Origin: Catajapyx aquilonaris | Taxonomy: Eukaryota | Assembly (NCBI GenBank): GCA_000934665.2 | Contig: KZ538258.1 | Coordinates: 1-64,000, forward strand | Direction: 5' to 3' | DNA length: 64,000 nucleotides | Part shown: positions 25,416-38,500 of the stretch, in pieces | Numbering within the stretch: position 1 is the first letter of the stretch | Layout of the letters: each line of letters opens with the position of its first letter | The notes under the pieces: model-generated | Told to the model about the DNA's origin: nothing | The model's database searches: none | What the model saw: the letters and a program-made list of their open reading frames with translations, nothing else | Program-made: the position numbers and the translations under genes

Positions 25416-28400
25416 GATGGTCCCAGAGGCGCCTTCAGGTTGAGGTCATACCACGCCGCCTCTTCGGCACCCACAACCCCACCACATCACCCCACCGCCA
25501 CCGCCACTCTCACTCTTATCATCACTGCCAATGCACTCCATGTTGAGGGTTCCCACACACATGGACTTGTCAGTGTGTATGCAGCAGTTCCCCAAATGCG
25601 GCACCGATACTACTGAGGTGGGAAAGCCACGCTACGCTCATTTTCCTCCTCAACGCACCCCCACTCGCGTCGCCATGACACCGCCAACAGTCTGGAGCCT
25701 AAATATATTGCAGAGGGCCATTTTCTTCGGAGGAGGAGGAGGAGGAGGAGGAGGGTTGGTTGGGGAGGGGGATATCAGAGCCGGACTCACGACATTTTCT
25801 TAATGGGCGTTTGTAGTAGCACTGTTTGTACATCGCGTGGGGTGTGGAATTCGGTGGAAGACGAGGGGAGAAAACAATAGCAAACCACCTACGGGTCACT
25901 GGCAAGAGAGCAGCTACTCTTGTCATATCGGAACCCATGGGATTGTGCTGGTAATGGCCGCTTTCCGCCGTTTTACACTGCTCCCAGTTGGTCAAGCGTG
26001 GATTTTATACAGGTTTTTGTCGCGGCTGATGATGGACTTCTTTTCATGGGTTCCACTGCTTTGCATTGGTTTTTCTAATATGATCTTTAATCTCATGTCA
26101 GGGTACACCATAGACGATTTTAGTAAGTCATTGCACACTGCACGGAGGCGATGAAGCGGCTGTCACCACCACCACCACCAGCAACAACAACAACAATCCT
26201 GTATAATACCACATCGCAGAAATTGCGGTTTTCATCAAGTTACAGTGAGGTACCAACTCCGGAAATGTGATGTTCGACAGTCGCAATGCAGTATTGAAGC
26301 TACATCGTCTGAAAAATACATTTTCACAGCTACTAAGAACTGACTTAGTGAAAGGAAAGTCATAGCTGCATGCTATAACCACATATCGTGTGCATACAGG
26401 ACAAATCCACATAGTCCAAAAAAAACCAGTTTCGAGGGAATCCAAAGCAAAAATTTGCCCTTACACTTGCTTACATGCTAGTGAAGACAGAATATTCTGG
26501 CTTGTTGGCTCATTATGAATCTTCAGGACTACCTGTAAAGGTACTTAACCAGGCAAGAGAGCACAAAAATGATACTTAGAGCGTGTTGTACGAACATGAG
26601 CTAACTCCGTAATTAACCTTAACTCATGTTCATACAATCTCTCAGCCCTTAGTGGTACAAATAACTCAAAACCGCGAAAACTGGACGGCGGATTTCTCCT
26701 GTATGCCCGGCCAGGATCTATTGATGAGGTCAACAAAAGCCCCGTCTTTTGTCAGAATTTTGTGCCTGCAGCAAAACTTTTCTGTGTAATATCTATATAC
26801 AGTATGTGAAGTGGAACAGCAAGAGCCAGCTAGATCCACCCAACAGTGGAGAAAAATGAGTTTGATTCCGCACTGGGTTCTTCACTAGCCCTCTACACTG
26901 CCGTTGAATATGGTCATGGAGAAAAACTCCTTTCATCCAAGAAAAACTGGGACTTACAAGCAAGGCAAGTTACTGACTGAGTAGTCTATATAAAAGTTGT
27001 TTTTTTTTTTTTTGCGAACTTTTAACAAGGGCAAAGAGAGCCTTCATTTACAGTATACAGACAAAATCAGTTACATGCAATGAAATGGTTCCATATTATT
27101 ACACTGTATTATACTGTATTAAACGAGATGAATCAGCTACACAGATTCAACTCCGCTATTAATTTTCACATTGGAATAGTGTCCACCCATTATTTCATAT
27201 TGGAGATCGGCACAGTACATGTATTTTACTTTAATACTGCCGGTATACGGTATATTTTGTCAGGCCTTTGAGGTGGTCCGTAAATTTCCAGGAATCAAAA
27301 ACTGACTAAGCTTTCATATGAGTGATATACTGCATATGCAGTAGCCCATATTACTTGTAAGAAAATCCCCTTCATCCCCAGGCAAAAGCTTCTATTCACA
27401 CGCGAAAACTTTGTTTTTGTTGCTGCCCTATACAGGCGATATTACCAGAATTTGCATATTTGGTGCATTAAAAAAGCAATTTCTAATGGCACGTTCAGCG
27501 TACCCTAAGCGTACCTACAGTTCAGACTGACAGTTTTTAATCCTCTACTGTAAAAAAAATGTCTACATGCTGGACTCATCCACCTCTGCTTTGTTGCTCC
27601 ACAGATCGACAGCGCATACTGTGTGTATACCATGGACCTCACTCCCTTCAACAGCATGCATAAAGGACTCTAGCGTAACGTATGCCGCTAACAATTTTTG
27701 CACGATGGACAATAAAATGCAATGCATCCACTCTCAATATAATTTATGTCAGTGGCTTGCATTGGCCCAGAGGTCAATACCGTAACTACTACAGAATGTG
27801 CACGTCCCGTTGTAATGAAGACAATGCACAGCCATGATCTGACTGAGATTGAAATGTCTGCACGTGTTCCCACTGGATCCTTGCTTTCAGAAACCGCTAA
27901 CTCCTCCATTACTGGCGGCGTCGAATTTTCCATTACATCCCCCCCCCCTCCCCCCAAAAAAGATCGTCAAGATGTCAAGCGCATTCATTTACCTGACGGT
28001 CTCCCTAACTCACGCTACTTTAATTTTGCCCCGGGGCGACTTCTCCGTGACCGCTGCCCTGATTCCCTGACCGTAACTTGATGACAGCACCGATATCCTT
28101 GTGAGTATACAGATGCAATGCCACACGCAACGCAAGCCCTTCAGACAGGCAGGAAAAAGAGCCACAAAAAAAAGGTGAATAATTTTTTTGGGAAGTCCTT
28201 GCCGCAGTCTAGAAACCTGCTCGTCGCTTCGCACACTTGGGATTATTTATTTACATGCTGGGTAAACTGGGTTGAATCCAGAGCCCCACCGTCTTCATGT
28301 CGCTTCCGTGGCAAGTATCCAAGCCTCGATGACCGCAGTTTATTTAACTGGGAGAATGGGAACGTACTACATGTGTTGGGGACCACCACTGATTTATTTT

Positions 28401-31400
28401 AGATGCCCTTGTTGACAGTTTGGATTCGCTCGGCATTAGCTCCATCTCTGCGCAGCCTCAGGCTGAGAAAAGTCTGTTATGCAACCCGTCCACGCCATGT
28501 TACTTCAAGCTTTAGTCGCGCCCGAAGGTTAGTCAGTCACTCGCTCGTGGCCTCACTTCGGCTCACTCCCACTCTCAGTCTCCTAAAGCTGTAGCAATAG
28601 GAGATAAGGGAATAGATCCCTGGACGCATTTACGCCGACTTCTGCTCCAAGCAGACAGATTTACCCCATTCCCCCGGCCCCATAGACTGTTTCGCGGCCC
28701 AATGTCTACAATATACCCTTACTCTTTGAATGGAGTTATCAAGTCGCATAGAAACCAGAACGTCCTAGAAGATATGACAGGCTTCCCAAATGGGCATGTC
28801 TTGCGAGTTGCCATGTTAGGAGAAAACTTTGGTCCCCGAGCACTGACGGCTATTTTCGCCGAAACATTTTACAGCAGCCTACGTTCCGTATCTCCGGTGG
28901 CAACTGATTTTAATGCAGTGCTGCTTAATCTTCATGTAAATCGCCGGATTATTCCGCGAACTTCATAGCATGTGCCTGAGGCTCTCGGGAAGCTAACTAC
29001 CATCCCTGGCATTAGCCTCCTCCCTTCACTTCATCAGTATAATACACTTAACATTTTTCCCTGCCTGCCCTCTGTTCCCCCTACCTCCATCCATGGCCAA
29101 CATTATGGAAGGGAGCTCGGCACACGTATCAGAGAGCTCGGGAGAAAAGCCCTCCCCCAATTTCCTAGATAAAACTTCACCTTCAGCCCTCTGCTGGGGA
29201 CGAAAGTCAATCAGTCAATGGATGAGGAAGCGTGAAATCAAGTTGGTGAGGGAGGAGGACGAAGGAAAATTCGGCGGCTCCCAAACAACCGGTCTTGGAA
29301 ACCTCAAAAGAACTGGCAATCATTAATCTCACTCCAGTTCGGTCCAATAATGAAGAGGAGTTGGCGACCAGGGAGTCCTCCTGCGGGGGACACGAAAAAT
29401 ACCCCGCTTTCTTGTATATCACCTGTGCCAGGGGCCCAATTAGTCCCATAGCGTCTTCATCTGCGACCAGGCATTTAGCCAAGCGACTGGCATTCGCAAT
29501 CTGCCAGAGTGTGGCCACCCATTTCTCAGCTGCCACCTGTCAGCTTTTCTTCTGACTTTGGGAACGCGCCATCGCGGGCATGCCACGGAACTGGTCACTT
29601 TATAATAATGCTTTCATTGTTGTTGTTTTTAAATAATCTTTTATTGATCTTTCGTACTCTTGCGATATTAGAGGTGTTTGCCCTGCGCCCTGCGCCTGCA
29701 AATCCTGCGCAGGAGTGTTATGCGACTATTATTTGTGGGTGGATCCAGGTTTCAGTTATCGTTCACGCGCGATTTTTCATCCAGGGCAAAAACTCTGCTA
29801 TTAAGAACACGGAAACATATATTATGCACCAAGTGGTTGCCAAGGGCAAAATTCTTGCCGAATATTTCTGGACCGAGTAAACAAACAACACCAAGAGTAC
29901 ACATAATCCGCTATTTTCAGCCGAACTTTTCACATATGCCTCTTAATTTCACCGCGATATTAAATTCACACTTCCATCTTCCGTGCCCTGGTGTGCACTA
30001 CAAATCAGATATACCGACTTGGGGGGTAAAAACTAGCTACCCTTCGCATATCGAGAGCGCCCCCATGCTTGCAGCACGCAACGGAAGCCCAAAATAGCAA
30101 AGTATCATATGTTGCCTTTCCAGGGAGCGTCCTTTTCCATTGCAGCCGGTCCAATTCCGCTCGTTAGCTCCAAATTGCGCCTTTATTAAAATGACCTCAG
30201 CCAGGGGCATGTGTTAATGGGGAAGAAACCTTAGTGAGTCGTCTCCAAATTCCTTCCGCAACACTGCTGACCGTACTAAACTACAAACACCCTCCAACTT
30301 CACGCCACAAATCATAAGCTGCAACTGCCCTGCAATTTTCTCTCCTCTTGTCCGGAAGAGAATGAGGTGAGCGTGGAACTGCACCACTACAGCTTGCCAA
30401 AGGAACCCCCTCTTCACACTGGAAGTATGAGATATATCCTCCTCGTAAAATCCGCCATGGGCTAGGATATTGCGGTGCTTACGGGGCAAGGGGCTGCCCT
30501 ACATCTGCCGCGCATCTCAGCATGGTCATTCAAATTGCGTCGGGTTATATAATACGAGCTAGAGGGAGTTTAAAGCTCTTGAATTTTTGGCCTGCTGCTT
30601 CTAAGCGGGGAACCCCAGGATTTTCGGAGGAATGGCTGCAATTTGGCCCGGTCCACTTCACGAAAACTGTCTTAATTTCCGAAAGGTGGTGTCACAAACC
30701 GTTATATGCATGCTGCAGGGTGGGTTGGTGGAAGATTGTTTTCGCGTTTTTCTCGACCTAAATGGCTCCCCCTGCATACCTCACGTGCATCCGTGAGGGG
30801 AAAAGAGCTCCGTGCCTAACGTCCCCTGGGTTAATTAATGAAATACAATTACAGGAACTTGCCTTGTTTTGTACCTGTAGTATTCTCATATAACAAGGGG
30901 TGGTCTTGACAGAAATTGTGTACGAGCAAAACATTGTATGGCACGCTACATTGTCTTGGGTGTAGTTGAGTATAATGGAATTATTGTTCTACTAAGGGCA
31001 CGCTCACAAGTTAGGACGTGCGATAGAAAGATGATTGGCACCTCCCAAATAGAATTCAATAATTTATTGTATTGAACCCTGTTGAAAGAAAATCATGGTA
31101 GGACTTCTGTAAACCCTATAAAAGGCTTCGAGAAGCATTTTGCTGCACATGCCATTTTAAAATCCAAGCTAAATTTTCAATGATGGAAAAGTCACTCATG
31201 GAGAACGTGTACCCTGGCATATCCCCTAGTCAGCCTATAGTGTATATATGCACTGTAAATAGTGAGAATACCCTAGATTTCCTTGAATACCTTGCACTAT
31301 TTCGGAAAGGTATGCACACCGAATTACTTGAGTAACTATATATAGCCCCTCGATTGCAAACCGAAATCATTATGTTGATATTTAAATAGATGCATTATGA

Positions 31401-31481
31401 TAATGAAACAATTAATATTTCAATAGTCTCGCGATTGAAATGCCCATTTTAATGAGCACTTTCTCGCTCTAACCTATAGTC

Positions 31482-31766
31482 TACTTATTTTAAGAAGTTA
31501 CTTTTAGTCATTATCAAATGTATTAGCTGATAATATTAGGTCGAATTGAATCATCTGTCCAAGCTCTGCATTGCAATGAATTTACAAATGGGAATGGCCC
31601 ATTGAAAGAATTAGCATAAAACATGATAATATCCATTTTTTGTAGGCCAAACTCCCTAGCTCTAGCAGGCCTTCAAAAGGTCGGGTCGACACAACTTGAT
31701 ATAATCAACTAATACTTTAATAATAACTAAAAATAACTGTGCAAAAGTAACTTCTTAAAATAAGTA
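31482..31766. mobile_element. AT-rich inverted-repeat element (MITE)
   Basis: Perfect 24-bp inverted repeat tacttattttaagaagttactttt / aaaagtaacttcttaaaataagta plus about 40 bp of degenerate inner inverted match. Confidence 0.75.
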
Positions 31767-34700
31767 ACTTAGTGCCAAAAATTGCTAACCACTACTGGCA
31801 TTCCGATTGGAGAACCCGGTGTAAAATGTTGATTCTGACTGGTACAATGTGTGAAACTCTTTCCATCTTAATTCCACGCACTATTTTCACGGAATGAGGT
31901 ACGGCCATGAAGTTCCATTGGTAGTGCCAATTCGCACGGACAGTGCTTTTAAGAGCACAATGACAAAAATTAAAGGCTTGCAATGGGACCTGTGGTCCAC
32001 ACCCAATGCAGTACGTGTGGTGAAAATGAAGTTGAGGTCTGCTGTAATCCCCTGAACATATACGCCGCTCAAAAGTACACTCGACCAGTAAAATACTTTC
32101 CATTTTGGCAATTAAGCGCGAGCAATCAAATAATAAAAAAGAGGCTCACTGTTAAACTGCATATTATACTGCGCAGTGCATATATACAGTATCGCTTTTT
32201 TGACACTTTCATATACTGACCGCCAGTATAGTGTGGCTGTTCGAGTGTCTATATGTATTAGCAAGTACTAGCTCGTTGCAACGAGAATTTCCCAATCGCA
32301 CTTCCCAATATTGATGGAAATAACGCGGGTTTACAATGCAATCAACTTCAAAGGGACCGGCCTCACCTCTAAACGCGCTGAACTTGTATGCAATTTTGGA
32401 TCCTCCAATTACTCCAATCCTATTACAAACCACAGAAACTTCCCACTTTTCATTATATTTCTCGCCACATGCGATAAGGACCACCCTCTCCTGCGCAAAC
32501 ACGCTCTGTTTGTATGCTCCAACCATTCATCAATCAATCCCAGGTTCAGCATTATACAGCATAATTTGGATATTGCATGTCCTCGTTATATCGGGTATCC
32601 AACCATGAAATGTATCACTAGGACAGGTGTTTCCAATGTGTCGTGCCAGATTTGATAGATTACTTTCCGCGTTTTCGTGAGAATCCGCGCCGATTATCTT
32701 TGCCGACTATACCCAGCTGTTGAATAGCGTATCGATATTTGTCTTACTCTACCCAGCCCGAAAACTTTCTACTATACACGAGGCCAGAGAAGCGGTACTG
32801 GTGCATCGCCCCCTGCAAAAGGTGCATGACATTCTGACGATCCAGCTCTATAGGAGGCTCTCCGCCGAAAATTCTATTACGCCTTCCAATCAACAGAAAT
32901 GGAGTTTCCCTCCCCGCCCCTCGTCACTGCTAGTGAAAAGCCTTCCCATGGCACCACCACCCGACTAAAATTCAGCCATTTTTCTAAAATAAAATCCGCC
33001 AAGCATAAATCTTTCCCGGACTCCACACACACTGAAGGGGGGGGGGGGGGNCCACCCTCCACATAATTCAATTCCCGGGCAGACCTTCCTAAGGAAATTA
33101 TGCCATATTTCCCTCCCTATACTTCCCCACTTTGCAGGCCGCTCAGTCCTGCAGAGTTAATTATTACCGGATTATATTCGCCCCAAGAATCTCTTCGATG
33201 CCACCGACGAACATCTCTTAATTTTCTTGTCATGGAGCGTCAATTCGGCGCAGCTGACGGTCTGTGGAAGGTCTTTTTTATTTTTATTCTAAAATTTAAA
33301 AACGAAAATGAAATAAACAACTTAATGTCATAACAGCGACTGGATGATCAACAATATTCGCAGCGACTTGAGCACATGTATCCCTTCCACCACTAAATCA
33401 GGTTGGCCTCTTTTTTCCAGACTATGACCATCGGAATGTTACCCCGGAAGCTCCGGTGCACTGCTTAAATGACCGTAGCAAGATCATGAGCCGAGGCGGA
33501 ATCTTCTCGGTCGACGCCGCATTATTTGCAGAGCACTCTTAATGAAATCTTCCCTGCCGATGTAATTTGCTCGTTACGGCCCGCAGTATTTCTAAAATGC
33601 AAATTTACAGCGGCTCCCGGTCTTGTCAACTGTACGTGCAATGCGAAGCGACAGTTATGCCACTCCATGCCGAAAACGATGTTAACGCCCATTTCGCTTC
33701 GGAGTGATACGTCTATTTATATTTGGATTTCCCTATCGGTGCAGTTAACCTAGTAGCTCATTCGCATCAACTTTGTTGCTCCTCCTGGCCATTCCAGCAC
33801 AAGTTTTCTACCTGCTGATCAGAGCACGTACAACTTCGAAATCACGGCTCCATCACAAAATCTTCGAAGCGATAGGCAATACCCAGGAGGGAAGCCGGGG
33901 AAAAAAAACAACTCAATAATGCACAAAAGAGAAGCTAGGGAGTTTGGTCGATGGCACCTGGACACTCTCGGCACATTTGCATTTTCCAATCGCTTTACTT
34001 TAGCTCCTGCAATTTCAGGGAGCTACAGGGACACGAAAATTGGGCGGTCCCTTCTCCAGCCCTGATATAGACTCCATTAAGGCCGAATGAGGAGGGGAGG
34101 CCTGCACCAAATTCATTGTAAATAAAGACCGTCCTTTTTTTTCTTCCTCCCGATCCCCTTGACAACCAAGAAAACGCAGTCACAGGTCGTCCATGCCCTG
34201 AACAACTACCAGCGTGGTTTACGAGCAAAACGAACCTCATCTCTCCACGTCATCCTTACAGAGCCTTAAACGATCCCGCAGGGAAGCAATCCGGAAAGAA
34301 AACAGTCTTGCACTGTAGACTCGCTATAATGAAAAGAGGAATGAGAATTTCCAATCCCCTCAGAAATGTGTAACAACGCACTAAAAAAAATATCATAAAG
34401 GTCGCCAAAACCTGTCACCAGCAATCCTTTCTCGATTTGTCATCCATTCTATTGTGTGCTCATAAAAACGGAGCCCCTTGCAGAACCCCCCCCCCCCNGC
34501 CACAAAACTAATTTCCATATTCCTCCCACGCCTTTCCCTCGCCTATTACCAGACCCCACGACTTTCCATTGCAAATTGGCGAGCCTAACACGTTGTTTTT
34601 TTTTTGTCACCCAGCAAACAAAATACGGTTCTGAAGCCAAGTGGCATGCCAGGGACCGTTTTCGGCTGTTCATGCTCGTTTCGCAGGATTGCATTTTCCA

Positions 34701-34942
34701 AATTTTAACCGTCAAGCAATTCCGTGAATCCCCCTCCCACAAACTGCGCTCTAAATAAAATCAAGTATACCTTTTTCCCTAGATTTGAATTAACTTTCCC
34801 TCCAACTTCTGCTTTAAAATGGGCCAGCTGTTTTCGAGCGTTTTTCCTTCTTTCAGTAGCCGTACATGCAGTTCAGTCATTCGATGTAGTAACTCAAAAG
34901 TTTTCAGGAATTGAAAAGGAGCCTAAGTTCACTATTTCAAAT

Positions 34943-35582
34943 CAGGGATCGCTGTCGGCTCGGCTCGAGATAATTTTTTTGTCAGATTGTTTTCCCAATA
35001 ATATCAAGTGAAAAGTGAAACTGAGCCTTTGCTTATTTAGATCCCTAACTGAGAAATCAGGATTTGAAAACTAACTTTTTAAAACTTCAAATGGCCACAT
35101 AATGCATTATGAACGTTGTAAAATCTTTATTGAATTTTTACGGAAATGATAGAAGATAAGCACATTTTTATTTAGGGCTGCCAACTGACCACTAAAATTG
35201 ATAGGGTCTATTAATGGAGTTCATGTGTGCGAATTATTGGTTTCCCGCTGCATTGACCCATTTAAATAGTTGCCACATTGCTGTGTAAACAGGGTTGCAC
35301 GATCATTTATTTTATGAAATATCAATTTCCGCGAATAATGACCCACTAAAAATACTGAGTTTCAAAATTTGCCCTAAAATTATATTATTATTTCCCCAAT
35401 GCTCCCCGCAATTTCTGCGTGGCCACGTGTATTTTTTTAAATGGCAAAATCGTTAATTCCAATTCCAAATTTCTCGGTTCGGAATATAATTAGGCAAACA
35501 CTGAGTTTCACTTTTCATCTATGTTATTAGGAACATCCTAGAAAAAAAAAAATGATCGTCATTGCAGCCGACAAAGACCCTG
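34943..35582. mobile_element. Long-TIR (fold-back) non-autonomous DNA transposon remnant
   Basis: 34943-35098 aligns by eye to the reverse complement of 35419-35582 (shared tgtcggct, tgaaaagtgaaact, gagaaat, tggccac). Confidence 0.75.
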
Positions 35583-38500
35583 GAAATTTGGTTTTTTATC
35601 GCATATCTCTGACATTTTCCGAACTATTCACTCTGCAGAATTGTTATATATTGCAATGGTTATAACCCCAATCTAAATTATTACTTTAGAACAATTATTA
35701 TACTGCTGGCTTGTTGTTATGCTCAGAAGTGGCAAGTTTATAAAAATTCTGTTGACAAAATTAAGCATCACAGAAATCACGCAGCTAAACTTAATATTGG
35801 CCAACGTCGCCAACTGGCAACCAGACCCCAACACAAAGTGCATTTTCCATTCCTCATTCTTCAGTCTCGGCACAAGGAATATTCATGTTACGGTAGTTAC
35901 AACTTCCTTCGAGGTTGGAAAACCTAATTAGTACCAAAGAGGCGACCTTGACAACCCGACATCTGCAGAGGTAGTAGCTAGGCTCCAGGATCGGGAGGGG
36001 GGGGAGGGGGGGGGCGTAGACGGAAACGAACCGCAACGCTTGTTGCAAACTTAGCCCTCTCCTTTCATTACGCACGATGTTCAAAGTCACGGGCACACCT
36101 TGCTACAAGACAAATGGCCTGGCCCGTTATACGTTGCATTACAGTGGTGTCTCTCCACTTCTCACCTCCTCCGCTTTGATTCCGGCCAAACGCGCACTTC
36201 TTTCGGCCCACTCGCTACCATCTGCATTATTAATACGGCCCGAAGGCCGAAGCACGTTGTCAAGGCAACATCTTCAGATCCAGTTCAGCTGGGAGACAAA
36301 AATGTGCACTATAAGAATGATGGAACGCCATACTCGGCGCGTGCGGTTGTAAAATGACACAGGTGTTATGGAAAAACATCTGCGATGTGCCATCTCCATT
36401 TACATCCGTGCAATACTTCTACACTGCATCTGTGAGCGCCACCACCTAATCATCTCCAACAAAAAAATTCCTGCCCTATCCGATGGACCAGAAACAGGTA
36501 CTCGCAACCAACCAGCCAGTGTCAAATATTGATTCAGATCTCTTTTTTTCTGAACCCAAAATGAGGCGTAAAAAGAAATTTAGTACGACAGAACTACTTC
36601 CTCCCATTGCGGGTAGAAGGCTTATTATTGGGAACTTTACGGGCCACCGCTACCAAAGGGAAAAGGATGCTCTTCCTCCTTGACGGTCCCCCGCAATCCG
36701 TCGCTTAGCAACCCCTCCCAAACCCCCACCAATCTTACACTTTGAAAAATTCCTCCGCCAAAAAATGTGATACGGAGATGGAATGATAAATGGAGCGTGA
36801 CCCACGCCGCCGCTCGAAGTAATTTGTTTCCTCGGGTCATCGCTTTTTCCCCGTTTCTTAAGAACCACTGGAGATGATCCTGCCGTGTGGAAGACTATAC
36901 ACGCCTCTCAAGGAAATGTCCAGATTTTCACGTATCTGACTTGCAAATTGCATCAGCACATTTTTCGTCGTCGACCAGCCTGGATGTTGATCATGTGCTA
37001 AGCCGATTAGACATTACGTTTCGATGACCATGAATGGACGTCTACAGCCCGTTGTCCATGACCACCTAAGTGTGCTTGGCTCGACGGAGAAGCTCTTCCA
37101 CATCGACGGCCTCAAGCAGTCTGGACTAGATATTCATCTCTAGACACGTTCATTCTTAAAAATCCGTGTGCGACATACCAGCTGTACTAATTTGCACCAA
37201 ATATGTGATGCATAAACCCGCAACCCCAGCATAAACTTGCGTTTGAGAGCGGAACCGCACGATCCTTCTATTACGCAAGCCCTATGACAGCTTACGACCC
37301 GCACTGTCCCATCATGCAAGACTTGAGCTTTAGACCGCTGTAGATGCTCAATTCAGTACTTTAGAAACGGTCCATGGAAACAGGGTAACATGATCGACTG
37401 AAAACTCCCTTGCGAACAGGACACGAATACCCTTCCATGCGCTGGCTGCATTTACAACTCCCTAAATTCAGTCTTATACGACTCAGCAAATTCCGCTCAC
37501 GATAAAAAAGCGGATCTAAAACCACGTTATTATTTCATTACATCGCCGTGTTTTCTAATCAACCCTACGAGTTTACAACTTATGGGTTAATGATTTTCCT
37601 TCCCAAAATTCGATGTACTCACCCTCGTAAAAAATTCACTAAAAGACTAGTTAAAATCCAGGCAAAGGGATGCTTACAAGCCTCCCTGAGGTGAGAAACG
37701 CACCCCGCTGACATTTACGAATCGCTAAAAACCAGTAGGATTATTCCCACCAACTACGAGTGTATCACACTGATTTATTCACGCCCTTCCAACCATGAAG
37801 TCGTACATCTGAAGCCCTCAGCTGCCGGGATGCCAAGCTTTTCACCATTACAAATCCCCAGCATCAATACTGCTGCCGGAGTGGCAAATGGTCACTCGAT
37901 ATGTGAATAAAAAATACACCCCGCCTTCATCCCCGCCAAATACATCAGTGTCAGCGGAATATCACTTCACTACAACACCCAATTGAAAACGTACTACAGG
38001 CCCTCTCTTTTGCCTCCCGCGAGGACCTGTTTTCATTCGGCGTTTTTGTGGATTAACATCCCCGATAACAAAAACAACAAAAAATACCCTGGGGTTTGTC
38101 ATCCGGAGTTAATGACAAGAACTCGTTCGAAGCGGTGCAAAAACTTCCTGCCACATGCCACATTCATCAGGCAATATTCTGCCCAACTGCTGATTGGTCA
38201 TGTATGGGGAAGATGAGCTGCGGGTCACGACCTCTGTCCACTTCATTTGCATGTCTTCATTGCTGCTAAATTGGCAGACGTTGTCACTAAATCACGCGGA
38301 CAGTATTTTCATTAGGCTCAAATGGCACCAATTCGGGGTTATTTTCCTACTTGCATGGCTTTATATGCAAGCAAATATTTGCCGTCGGTTAGTGCGCCAT
38401 CTCGCAATATACGCAACTCTATTAAAAACTCGACAACTGCTTCTGTTTGCTCGGCCCGCCGTATACATGTAGCCTGCAAACTTTTTCACTATGACTTTTG

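Noticed and set aside
29207..29536. 109-aa minus ORF with a possible CAG|gtgata donor
   Set aside because: Purine-rich weak acceptor, weak donor, no family similarity.
36160..36235. GAG|gtgaga donor with an upstream ATG
   Set aside because: The ATG frame is phase 2, incompatible with the 22417 acceptor; the phase-0 frame has a stop and no ATG.
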